NCBI GenBank assembly: GCA_963717365.1
Contig: OY970327.1
Span: 395,599-459,598, forward strand
Direction of reading: 5' to 3'
DNA: 64,000 nt
Source: Candidatus Saccharimonadia bacterium
GTDB taxonomy: Bacteria > Patescibacteriota > Saccharimonadia > Saccharimonadales > 2-12-FULL-41-12
Each line of letters starts with the position of its first letter. Position 1 is the stretch's first letter. The translations under genes were made by a program, and so were the position numbers. This document shows positions 47,842 to 56,707 of this stretch, in pieces. The notes under the pieces were generated by a model. It did not search any database and had not been told where the DNA came from. It was given only the letters and a program-made list of their open reading frames with translations.

Positions 47842-50163
47842 ATGCCTGTTTTAGAATCCTCCCCTATAAATTATGGCGGCGGCGAAATACCTACACAATA
47901 TCTAGAATGGGAGAAAATATTCTCAAGTTTTAGCGACTTACTACTTAAAGATAGTCTTGAATATTTTAAGCATTATGGGAGTTTTGATGAGGTTGACGAA
48001 GAATCTCGAGTGGCGTTCACTTTGGAACAAGGCAAGCCATACTGGGAACTTATTAAACAAGACGAAGAGTTACAAGATATCTTCACTGGCTTTCCGCCCG
48101 AATTAATAGTAAGGGCAATGAGCAGTTGTGACTTATATCTAGAGCTGGGACGCCAGTCACCAGAGAGATTAGATCGCCTGCTACGAAACCAGACAGCACA
48201 TATCATTTCGGCTGATACTGTCTATCCCGTCAACAACATCACACCGGCCACAAAGAGATTAGAGGGTGAAGCTTTAGCCAGGCATATTAACCACCCAGAT
48301 ACTCCCGAAAAGGGTAAGCAAGCGTTAGTTGCGAATATTATCCAGAGCAGTTCAATTGTACCGCCAGAAATTAACGATAATATAGAACATTATGCCCCAT
48401 ACGTAATTAAACCACTCATTGGTTACTATAATCGAATGGGCGGAGGAAGTGCCAATATGTCCCCACGCGTGCTTCATTTAACAAGACGGTTGAAATTGAT
48501 TAATCTTGAAGACGGTAAGATATCAACAATACTCCAAGAAATATCTGAGCAATGGAAAGCAAACAATCCGTATAATACTGGCAGGGGTTCGGCCGGTACT
48601 TTTAAAGCTTTTTTTGAGCATGATGATTATGTAGCTGGCAATGACCAAACAATGAACGCCTTGAAACAAGTTATGGGCACGGAGGAAGTACCAATCAACG
48701 CCTACCTTCAGGCTAAAAAAATAGTAGAAGCGCAGACCACAGACAGTCCAGATGTAGATACGAAAACGGCTGTTCAGATGCTACAGGATAGGTATACAGA
48801 TCTTGGTAAAAAAATAATACAGTCAGCCGATAGTCCAGAAGACATTATGGCTGCCATAACTAATTCCGAGCTAGACATAGAGCTAGCGCGGAATATTTTA
48901 CGATGGGATAAACAAAGCCAATGGGGTGAGTCTAGTTCCGAGTCATTTCAAAAATACCTTATAGAGCTTTCAGCTATGTTTCCTGAACTGTTGGTCTCTC
49001 GTTACAATTCAAGTGAACTGATAAAAGTGTCACGTAGTGAATCTGTTCAGCATGAATTGACCCAAGACATGTATGAACGCGCCGAAGCTTTGTTTGCCGC
49101 TGATACTCAAGCTGCTGAAAACCTAGAGATTGCCTTTAGCGCTAATCCGATAGAAATCGAGGATTATTATAAAGCTATCCTATTTGCTGAAGCTCACCAG
49201 CCAACCATTAATGTGATAAAAGATAAGCTAGCTAAGCTTCTGCAAAATGCACAACTTAACAACTTGGAAAGTGGACCAGAACAAAAACTTATAGCGTTCC
49301 AAGTAGATAAGCTTAGTGAGTTACGGCAATTTGATTTCACAACCTTCCCGCGGGGTATTGCTGACTTGGCGCGTTATAAGAATCATATTAATCACGAACT
49401 GCTGACGTTACTGCTTGGCTGCACAGGTGAAGTAATTCCTATTTTTTCTCATGAAGACTGGGAAGAACACAAAACCAAAAAAACGATTACCGAATTAACA
49501 GAGGCTGTAAGACATGAAATTATTAGTCAAATTCTTGAAACGGATCCTGATCTTTCCAAAAGGGACCAACAAGCCATTAAACAACTGATGAGTACTAAAG
49601 CCTTTAATCCGTTATTTGAAAAGAAGAAAACAGGTAAAAGTCTTGAGATGCAGTTTGTACCTGTCCGGGGCATGTTGCTTGAAGCTTCCGGGCATATTGC
49701 AAACACCTGTTGGGCAGAGAATACCAATATTACAGGCGAGCATCCCAATATCGATGGTTTGATCTTTATTCAAAAAGGAGAAGGTCAAGGCGAGAATGCT
49801 GTCAAAGAAAACTTCGCCGGTGCCGCACTGTTAATTCGTACAACTGATACGCGGACTGGCACACCATTACTTATTATTCGGGGCCTAAATCCATCCCAGT
49901 CTTTGCTTACCAAAGTAGATGTTGAAGATTTCTACAGAAAACTTACTGATTATGTTAAAGCTATAGCCGAAGAAGATGGACGAACAGCGGCGATTGTGAT
50001 TGACGATCATGCTGGCGGTTCAGCCTCCAACCGGCCTCAGATGTTTGATTTTCTTCAAACCATTCGACCAAAACTAAAAAATGCCACGGTACATGATGAG
50101 GATACAAACTTTAACGGTTACGATATTACCCAGCATGTGTATTTATTGCCCACTAACAATTAA
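47842..50163 (+). CDS. large hypothetical protein
   Basis: 773-aa ORF with protein-like composition and no motif recognised. Confidence 0.7.
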   Translation: MPVLESSPINYGGGEIPTQYLEWEKIFSSFSDLLLKDSLEYFKHYGSFDEVDEESRVAFTLEQGKPYWELIKQDEELQDIFTGFPPELIVRAMSSCDLYLELGRQSPERLDRLLRNQTAHIISADTVYPVNNITPATKRLEGEALARHINHPDTPEKGKQALVANIIQSSSIVPPEINDNIEHYAPYVIKPLIGYYNRMGGGSANMSPRVLHLTRRLKLINLEDGKISTILQEISEQWKANNPYNTGRGSAGTFKAFFEHDDYVAGNDQTMNALKQVMGTEEVPINAYLQAKKIVEAQTTDSPDVDTKTAVQMLQDRYTDLGKKIIQSADSPEDIMAAITNSELDIELARNILRWDKQSQWGESSSESFQKYLIELSAMFPELLVSRYNSSELIKVSRSESVQHELTQDMYERAEALFAADTQAAENLEIAFSANPIEIEDYYKAILFAEAHQPTINVIKDKLAKLLQNAQLNNLESGPEQKLIAFQVDKLSELRQFDFTTFPRGIADLARYKNHINHELLTLLLGCTGEVIPIFSHEDWEEHKTKKTITELTEAVRHEIISQILETDPDLSKRDQQAIKQLMSTKAFNPLFEKKKTGKSLEMQFVPVRGMLLEASGHIANTCWAENTNITGEHPNIDGLIFIQKGEGQGENAVKENFAGAALLIRTTDTRTGTPLLIIRGLNPSQSLLTKVDVEDFYRKLTDYVKAIAEEDGRTAAIVIDDHAGGSASNRPQMFDFLQTIRPKLKNATVHDEDTNFNGYDITQHVYLLPTNN

Positions 50164-50909
50164 AACTCAATAGCTCTTTGAGCTACCTTTAGATGAGCTC
50201 TACTGCGAGATACATCCGTCTCTTTAAAGGCTTCTGACAAACCAAGCTTTGCTAATCGATTGCGATAATCTTGTTGTTTAACGGTCCACTCAACGGGATT
50301 ATAGGTACGAACGGGGGGGTCTATGAACTCAGTGGCGGGTTTACTGTAAGCACGACTTAACCCATCTGCTGTATAGAACTGCCAAATGTTCCGTACCATT
50401 CCTATAGGCATTACAAAAGTGCCGGGATGAATCACCCGACTTTGTTCGCCTAAGTGTCTACAACGACCGCATGGTGCCAACGTCGATGCATGTCGTTTGG
50501 TAACTTCGAATATTTTTTGCTTATTAGATGTGGCTGCAATAAATATTCCGATCGTGGTGCTATAACCCAGCTCTTCTGCAGTGTGGATAATGTCAGTTTC
50601 AGCACAGACTGGAGGAATGTCGTCTACATCTGTTTCGTGCCGTTCATCCTCCGAGATTCTAGCTTTATAGTTTGCAGCGGTAATTATGCCGGTTCGGTTT
50701 TCCTGTTCGTCATACACCTGGGCAGAAGCAGTTACATTAAAACCACGCCAGGAATCGGCGTGAATTTCTGCACTTCGGGCCTTTTCTACCAGCACCGGGG
50801 CAAGACTGAAAAACATATCTATCGGATCCACTGGCTGGTCATGAATATATTCCTCAACGGTAGCTGGAACAGGTGACCAAAACTCGGCTTCAAAATCGCT
50901 ACGCGACAT
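50160..50909 (-). CDS. cytidine/deoxycytidylate deaminase-fold protein (tentative)
   Basis: CAE (PPVCAETD) and PCGRC zinc-ligand motifs sit about 50 residues apart, as in CDA-fold deaminases. Long N- and C-terminal extensions. Confidence 0.5.
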   Translation of the reverse strand: MSRSDFEAEFWSPVPATVEEYIHDQPVDPIDMFFSLAPVLVEKARSAEIHADSWRGFNVTASAQVYDEQENRTGIITAANYKARISEDERHETDVDDIPPVCAETDIIHTAEELGYSTTIGIFIAATSNKQKIFEVTKRHASTLAPCGRCRHLGEQSRVIHPGTFVMPIGMVRNIWQFYTADGLSRAYSKPATEFIDPPVRTYNPVEWTVKQQDYRNRLAKLGLSEAFKETDVSRSRAHLKVAQRAIEF

Positions 50910-50968
50910 AGTAGTGAGTACTATACAATATTTAATGTGTATTTACTATTCTAATGTCAGCAATGTAG

Positions 50969-51793
50969 CTATTCGTCAATTGGTTTAGCGCCCAATAGTC
51001 TAGCTGTCGATTCAACCAGCGAAATAACAGGTGACAATACGTAAAATATAACTGCTCCGAGCCATCCAAAAATCCACGTCTTAATTCCATGCCGACGTAA
51101 CGTTCGGGGCCACCACATCATATTTTCCCAAAGCGTAGCCTGGTCAGATCGAACACGGCGCATCTTAACGCCTACTCTAAAACCTTCGTTATAAGTTATT
51201 CCGTAGCCTGCTCGGTACAGATGTATGCCCAGATCAAGATCTTCATGAATAGATGGGTCCTTGCAGGTTAGCCCTCGAACTGCTTGCCAAAGTGCCGCTG
51301 GCAGCGCCAGGTTTGAGCCATATGTTATGTAATGACCCAGCAATACTCGATTCATACGAAATGCAATTTGACCTTGAATCCATCCTGCAAAGTGAGGGAA
51401 ACGCACATTATAAAAATAAGCGCCGCCTGTTAAAACCCTGTCGCTGCAGGCAGGGTTGGCATAGAAACGCTGCACTTCTTCTATCCAGTTTGGCGGTAAA
51501 ATTGTATCGGCATCAATGCGACCGATTATGTCGCCTTGGGCCGCGTTAAATCCAGTGTTTCGGGCCCATAAAACACCTTGTCGCTTTTCGCTTACTACTG
51601 CTACAAACCGGTATTTTTTTGCCAATTTTACAGTTGTATCAGAAGAATTATTATCCACCACAATCACTTCGTAAGGCATGATCGTCTGAGCTGCTACCGC
51701 GTCAAGACAAGCAAGTATATGGCGTGCCTCGTTGTAAGCTGGTATTATAAGCGAAACTGTTAATGCTTGTTTATTATTTTTAGCGGTGGGCAT
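50969..51793 (-). CDS. glycosyltransferase family 2
   Basis: SLIIPAYNE, VIVVDNNSSD and RIDADT (DxD) motifs. Start moved to the ATG at 51793. Confidence 0.8.
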   Translation of the reverse strand: MPTAKNNKQALTVSLIIPAYNEARHILACLDAVAAQTIMPYEVIVVDNNSSDTTVKLAKKYRFVAVVSEKRQGVLWARNTGFNAAQGDIIGRIDADTILPPNWIEEVQRFYANPACSDRVLTGGAYFYNVRFPHFAGWIQGQIAFRMNRVLLGHYITYGSNLALPAALWQAVRGLTCKDPSIHEDLDLGIHLYRAGYGITYNEGFRVGVKMRRVRSDQATLWENMMWWPRTLRRHGIKTWIFGWLGAVIFYVLSPVISLVESTARLLGAKPIDE

Positions 51794-51815
51794 ATACGAC
51801 CAGTTTAACAACAGA

Positions 51816-52955
51816 ATGACTAAACACAGAAAAACCACATCTAAATCGAGCAGAAAGACACCCCAAAAACTGGTGTCTGTCCATAGTCCCCGCGGCGCGT
51901 GGCAATGGTTACGTGCCAAAAAATTACGTCAGGCAGGTGCAATACTACTCGCTATATTAATATTTTTTACGGGTTTTAATTACGGATTAGCCGTCTGGTA
52001 TGCCGAGCGGCATAAAAATGAGCCAATGATTATCGGCACCACTTTTGTTGCGCCGTATGCCCGACACTTCCAGCTTGATCCGCAGGAAACGCTGCAAGCT
52101 ATGATCGATGAGGTCGGTTTTCGGCAGTTCCGCCTTGTCAGCTATTGGGATGAGATTGAAAAAACACCTGGTATTTACGATTACAGCGACCTGGATTGGC
52201 AGTTTCAGAAAATCGAACAGGCCAGTGGGAAAATCAGCCTGTCAATCGGCCTGCGCCAACCGCGCTGGCCGGAATGCCATATGCCAAAATGGGCAGAAAC
52301 ATTACCGATGACGCAGTGGGAACCGAAACTCAATGACTTTATGAAAGTTACTATGGAACGATACAAAGACAGTCCGGCGCTGGAGAGTTACCAGCTCGAG
52401 AATGAATTCTTTCTTGATGTGTTTGGCATTTGTCCCGACCACAGCCGTGAGCGTTTAATCCGGGAATATGATTTCGTTAAAAAAGTTGACCCAAGCAAGC
52501 CGATGATTGTTACGCGCAGCAATAACGCGCTTGGTTATCCGATCGGCCAGCCGCGGCCTGACGAGTTTGGGGTTTCCGTATATAAACGAGTATGGGATAA
52601 AACACTTACTAAGCGTTATTACGAATACCCGTTGCCGCCGTGGTTTTATGGCTCACTAGCTGGTGGAGGGGAAATATTAACCGGTAAAAAACTTATAATT
52701 CATGAATTGCAAATGGAAGCCTGGCTGCCAGATACCGGAGAATTCGCCATGAACGATATTGGGTCAATTCCAGAACAAAACAAATCAATGGACGCCAAAC
52801 GACTCGAAGACCGCTTTGATTATGCCAAAGACAGTGGCATTCGTACTATTTACACCTGGGGTTCCGAGTGGTGGTATTGGCGAAAGGTAAAAGCCAGCGA
52901 TCCCAGCCTGTGGAATGTCGCCGCGTCAGAAGTTGCGCAGAGCAAGTCTGAGTAA
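51816..52955 (+). CDS. membrane-anchored TIM-barrel glycoside hydrolase-like protein (clan GH-A type)
   Basis: N-terminal TM helix, W.EIEKTPGIYDYSDLD, and YQLENEF (candidate acid/base NE). The family is not resolved. Start at the ATG at 51816. Confidence 0.5.
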   Translation: MTKHRKTTSKSSRKTPQKLVSVHSPRGAWQWLRAKKLRQAGAILLAILIFFTGFNYGLAVWYAERHKNEPMIIGTTFVAPYARHFQLDPQETLQAMIDEVGFRQFRLVSYWDEIEKTPGIYDYSDLDWQFQKIEQASGKISLSIGLRQPRWPECHMPKWAETLPMTQWEPKLNDFMKVTMERYKDSPALESYQLENEFFLDVFGICPDHSRERLIREYDFVKKVDPSKPMIVTRSNNALGYPIGQPRPDEFGVSVYKRVWDKTLTKRYYEYPLPPWFYGSLAGGGEILTGKKLIIHELQMEAWLPDTGEFAMNDIGSIPEQNKSMDAKRLEDRFDYAKDSGIRTIYTWGSEWWYWRKVKASDPSLWNVAASEVAQSKSE

Positions 52956-52971
52956 AAACGCATTAGACTTG

Positions 52972-54009
52972 CTAACGGTTCAAGCCTTGGCCGGCCATCA
53001 GAGCGTAGTTAATAACATTCTCGCCGCTAGTATGGCCCCGAAAACCTTGTCCGGTGTAGCAAACAAGTGAAGCAGATGCGAACCTAAGACGTTCACCATC
53101 TATCGAATCGGGGTCAAAAATTTTACTGTTTTCTATATGGCCTAATTTTACCGAGCGATTGCCGTCACACGCCCTTGTAATTTCGTTTTGGGCACTGCCG
53201 GCCATCACCATTTCCATTTTATGGCCTTCATCTGACTGGGTTTTCAAATAAAACTTCATCATATCCGCGGCTAGGCGTCTGAACCGTAGCGCTGACTGCA
53301 GCGCTGGAATCTCTGACTCCTGAATACTTAACCGCTGGTCACGCAAGCGACCGGAACGAATACGATCGGCCCGCAGCTGGAAAGAGCTACGTTCATTTTT
53401 GCTCGGAATTTCATCGGCATTCACATGGCTGAATATGTAGTGCTTCGAGCAATTGGCGGCAATTGACAGCGCGGTCAGTCCGCCAAAACCATAGCCAGTT
53501 ATGCCCAGTTCACCGAGCCGTAGCGACTCTGCTACTTTTTCCAGCGTTCTAACTTGCTGCTTGCCAAAAGGGTTGATATTTCCATCTTCAAGCATCCGGC
53601 GTTCTTGCTGCGTCATATGTTTAAGATCATAATTTTGCTGCCCGAAGGCATTATTTGGCAGAACGATTACCCGGCTGTCAGGCCAAATCAGCTGTTGCGC
53701 GGTACGCGTCCTAATATAATGGTGCCGAGTCCAGCCATTAAGGTGAGGTAGTGCTATCACCATTGTGCGGGACTCATTAACTTCTGGATTCAATGGATCG
53801 AGAACGATTGCCGCCGAGGTACCTGGCGTGGGCGCAATGCGGCGCGCATCATGCGTTTCATCGGCTACCCTTTGAAGGGACACGTCTTGCCAGTACTCAC
53901 GAACCTTCTCAATACGGGGCTGCATGTCGGGTTTTATTAAGGTTCCAAGAGTCTCCTGTGACATGCTTATCATACTGTTTATTACATCACGTATTGTAAA
54001 TATAGTCAA
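52972..54009 (-). CDS. hypothetical protein
   Basis: 345-aa ORF with no confident motif. Confidence 0.6.
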   Translation of the reverse strand: MTIFTIRDVINSMISMSQETLGTLIKPDMQPRIEKVREYWQDVSLQRVADETHDARRIAPTPGTSAAIVLDPLNPEVNESRTMVIALPHLNGWTRHHYIRTRTAQQLIWPDSRVIVLPNNAFGQQNYDLKHMTQQERRMLEDGNINPFGKQQVRTLEKVAESLRLGELGITGYGFGGLTALSIAANCSKHYIFSHVNADEIPSKNERSSFQLRADRIRSGRLRDQRLSIQESEIPALQSALRFRRLAADMMKFYLKTQSDEGHKMEMVMAGSAQNEITRACDGNRSVKLGHIENSKIFDPDSIDGERLRFASASLVCYTGQGFRGHTSGENVINYALMAGQGLNR

Positions 54010-54032
54010 TTCACGTCATACTAATACTCCTG

Positions 54033-54491
54033 ATGAATAACAATAAAAAATCAGTAAAACGAATCACCAATAAACGCGCCAAATTTGACTACGATCTTGG
54101 CGACTCGATTGTTGCTGGCCTGGTTTTGACCGGCGCCGAGACAAAAGCCCTGCGCCTTGGCCACGGCCATTTGCGCGGCGCCTACGTTGTGGTAAAAAAC
54201 GAGGAACTATGGCTGTTAAACGCCACTATTACTGGTTTTAACGGAGTAAAATTGGAAGAAGCCGAGCAAACTCGCAGTCGCAAACTTCTACTAAAAGGCC
54301 GTGAAATTAAGGACTTGCTGGAAGCAAAAAAACAAGGCAAAAGCATCATTCCTACCGAACTCTTAACCCAGGGCCGCTACATAAAAGTGCGTATCTCTGC
54401 CGGCACTGGCAAAAAAAACTACGACAAGCGCGAAATAATTAAAAAGCGAGATCAAGACCGCGCCAACCGGCTGGAACTCAAAAACCGCTAA
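54033..54491 (+). CDS. smpB: SsrA-binding protein
   Basis: NKRAKFDY, the GAE.KALR block and a basic C-terminal tail. Confidence 0.92.
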   Translation: MNNNKKSVKRITNKRAKFDYDLGDSIVAGLVLTGAETKALRLGHGHLRGAYVVVKNEELWLLNATITGFNGVKLEEAEQTRSRKLLLKGREIKDLLEAKKQGKSIIPTELLTQGRYIKVRISAGTGKKNYDKREIIKKRDQDRANRLELKNR

Positions 54492-54577
54492 CGTTTTTCT
54501 AGCAATCTCCGTTGATTTAATAAAAAGTTAATAATTGACGTGTATGCTATTAGATCAGGATAGATTAAACTGGAGAC

Positions 54578-54917
54578 ATGGGAATGTTAAGCAGAGAAGA
54601 TAAAAAGTATATTAACGAATCGCTTGATAATAGATTCGCGGACTTTGAAAAAATAATCGATAAACGCTTTATTGATTTTGAAAAGAAAATTGATAAAAAA
54701 TTCAGCAATTTAATCGATCATATGAACGACCAGTTCAGTCGGATTCTCGGTTACGTTGAGCAAATTGATAAACGTCTAGAAAAAGTCGAGAAAACTAACT
54801 TCCCAAATTCCCGTCGTGCTGGCACGGCTCGAAGCCAATGATATGCGTTTGTCACACGCAGAAGTTAATATACGCGACCACGAACAGCGTGTTACCAAGC
54901 TTGAAACCCTACAATAA
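54578..54917 (+). pseudogene. coiled-coil hypothetical protein with an apparent +1 frame break near 54790
   Basis: The track ORF 54578-54841 ends in non-helical junk (NFPNSRRAGTARSQ). The +1 frame instead continues as plausible coiled coil (IPVVLARLEANDMRLSHAEVNIRDHEQRVTKLETLQ) to a TAA at 54915-54917. Confidence 0.4.
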
Positions 54918-54966
54918 CATTTACAGAAATCAATCTGTTAGTTAGAATAAGTAAGTTCAGATATAT

Positions 54967-55270
54967 TCCGGGGTAGCTCAGCGGTAGAGCGGGTGGCTGT
55001 GAATACGCAGCCTGATTTGGGCAACCAATCAGTGAAAATAGGGTGAATTGCGGGAAGCCTACGTGCAATTGCATATGGTAATCCGCAGCCAAGCCAGGAT
55101 TAGGTTAAAAGATCCAGGAAGGTTCAGAGACTAGAGGGTGAGCCTAACAATAATCTCTCAGACAGCGCCCTACATCCTTGCAAAGGATGATGATATAGTC
55201 CACGCCACTATGAAAGTAGTGAATAAGTGTAACCACTAGGTCGAAGGTTCGAATCCTTTCCCCGGAGCCA
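54967..55270 (+). tRNA. tRNA-Asn (anticodon GTT) interrupted by a group I intron; exons 54967-55000 and 55230-55270, CCA encoded
   Basis: The joined exons give a 75-nt cloverleaf: TCCGGGG/CCCCGGA acceptor, GCTC-AGCGGTA-GAGC D arm, GGTGG-CTGTTAA-CCACT anticodon arm, GAAGG-TTCGAAT-CCTTT T arm, G73-CCA. Confidence 0.8.
55001..55229 (+). ncRNA. group I (self-splicing type) intron in the tRNA-Asn anticodon loop
   Basis: Conserved core blocks AATTGCGGGAAGCC (55046-59), TAATCCGCAGCCAAGCC (55079-95), GGTTCAGAGACTAGA (55121-35) and GATATAGTCC (55192-201). P1 has a U-G pair at the 5' splice site and the terminal base is G at 55229. P2, P8 and P9 hairpins are present. Confidence 0.8.
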
Positions 55271-56707
55271 AGAAATGAATTCCTGATGTTCAGCCATTAA
55301 ATTGAATGGCGAATTGAACTCCCACAGGAGTTCTTTTCTTTTTAAGCGCAAGTTCGAGAGTACCATTTCTACTAACATCCGTTTCTGCTCAATGTTCGCT
55401 CTTTGAAACAATTCTGGGGCGTTTTTTGATAGCTTGAACAGATGAGTGACTGTTCCATAGTAGTCATCTTCTACAAGTTCTAGATTTACACGCTTATTCT
55501 GCAATGACTTCTGGGAATGTCTGTATTCTTCAAATTTTCGGTCATATAGGCTTTCTGGAATCTTTTCATCCAGGTAATCCTCATATACTTTTTCAATACG
55601 AGTTTGATACTTTTCTATTTCAACGTCTAGGTTCATCAAAGTAGTTTCACGTACGCGTTTTTTGTCCTCGTGAGAGCTTCGTAGAGCCTCGCTAACTTGC
55701 TTATATGCTTCAGGCGGAATCTGTATGCTCTTGAAAGCTTTCATTAATTGTTGGGTCAGTAAATCTTCGGATACGTAAGCTATCTTGTGCTTGGCTTTGC
55801 CAAGTGTACAGTGGCCGTAAATATAGAGACCTTTCTTCCGTTCAAAAGTTACTCGGCACCCACATTCGGCACATTTAATTAATCCTCGATACACAAACGG
55901 TAGTCCTGCCCAACGATACTTTTTGATATTGAAGCCTTTGCGAATGCTATCTGCTTGATCAAACAAGTCTTTTGAAATTATTGGTTCGTACTTATGAGTG
56001 TATAGTTCGCCTTTAACCCGCATGTCTCCATGGTAGAAAGGGTTTTGAAGTAATGCGTCTAGCTGACTTCTGGATAGACTTAAACCATAGGATTCATTCC
56101 AATTCTTGCTCAATTCTTTAACCGATATAACTCCTGAAGCGTATTGAGTGAATGCGTCCCTAATTGCGTCAGCCTTAAAAGCGTCAGGTTCTATCCATTT
56201 CTTACCATTTGGCAACACAGTGTTTCTATAACCAAAGGGAGCCATACCAGCCCATTCGCCGTCACGCCACTTCTGCTCAAACCGGCGTTTTACATTGTCA
56301 CTTATTGCGTCTGAATAGTATTGAGCGACAACAATACCCATACCCAGACGTAATAGGTCTGTTGCCGGAGAGAACTGATTGATAAACAAATTGTCTGATG
56401 GAAAGTGAAGCTCAATTTTTCCGCCACGATACAAACTTTGCAGAATCCTTACTTCTTCCGAACTACTATCTCTTGTATACCTATCTATTTTGTCAAAAAC
56501 GACTATGGCTTTTTCATTCCAGTTTTTGATTTCATCAACCACGTTTTTGAATTCATCCCGATTGCCCTTATAGGCGCTTTCTTTGAGTTCAAACAGTTGA
56601 AAGTCATAATCCCTCCGTTTGGCATACTCTAATAATCGGTGGGTTTGCGCTGGAAGCGCGTCTTTCTGGTCGTCAGTAGATACTCTGGCTAATAGATAAG
56701 CTTTCAT
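55208..56707 (-). CDS. large serine recombinase (integrase)
   Basis: N-terminal resolvase catalytic motif YLLARVSTDDQ, a recombinase domain, a Cys-rich zinc ribbon (CAECGCRVTF...GHC) and a coiled-coil C-terminus. The last 20 codons are antisense to the tRNA-Asn 3' exon and the intron end. Confidence 0.9.
   Translation of the reverse strand: MKAYLLARVSTDDQKDALPAQTHRLLEYAKRRDYDFQLFELKESAYKGNRDEFKNVVDEIKNWNEKAIVVFDKIDRYTRDSSSEEVRILQSLYRGGKIELHFPSDNLFINQFSPATDLLRLGMGIVVAQYYSDAISDNVKRRFEQKWRDGEWAGMAPFGYRNTVLPNGKKWIEPDAFKADAIRDAFTQYASGVISVKELSKNWNESYGLSLSRSQLDALLQNPFYHGDMRVKGELYTHKYEPIISKDLFDQADSIRKGFNIKKYRWAGLPFVYRGLIKCAECGCRVTFERKKGLYIYGHCTLGKAKHKIAYVSEDLLTQQLMKAFKSIQIPPEAYKQVSEALRSSHEDKKRVRETTLMNLDVEIEKYQTRIEKVYEDYLDEKIPESLYDRKFEEYRHSQKSLQNKRVNLELVEDDYYGTVTHLFKLSKNAPELFQRANIEQKRMLVEMVLSNLRLKRKELLWEFNSPFNLMAEHQEFISWLRGKDSNLRPSGYTYSLLS

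Noticed and set aside
52972-54009. Considered calling this an alpha/beta hydrolase because of ITGYGFGGLTA.
   Set aside because: The would-be nucleophile elbow reads G-Y-G-F-G-G with no serine. No other catalytic-triad evidence can be seen by eye. Left as hypothetical.
54892-55092. 66-aa minus-strand ORF.
   Set aside because: It lies antisense over the tRNA-Asn 5' exon and the group I intron. It is an artefact of structured RNA sequence.
54999-55227. The 7-nt direct repeat GTGAATA at both ends of the tRNA-Asn insert (55000-55005 region and 55220-55226) was considered as a target-site duplication of a transposed element.
   Set aside because: The insert has the conserved group I catalytic core and a canonical P1 U-G/omega-G arrangement. 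The short repeat is more simply a coincidence or part of splice-site pairing.
54967-55270. Considered that the structured RNA just downstream of smpB is the tmRNA (ssrA).
   Set aside because: The 5' part has a full canonical D arm and anticodon stem, which tmRNA lacks. The acceptor is not the G3:U70 alanine type. No tag-peptide reading frame is visible. The internal sequence matches group I intron core blocks instead.
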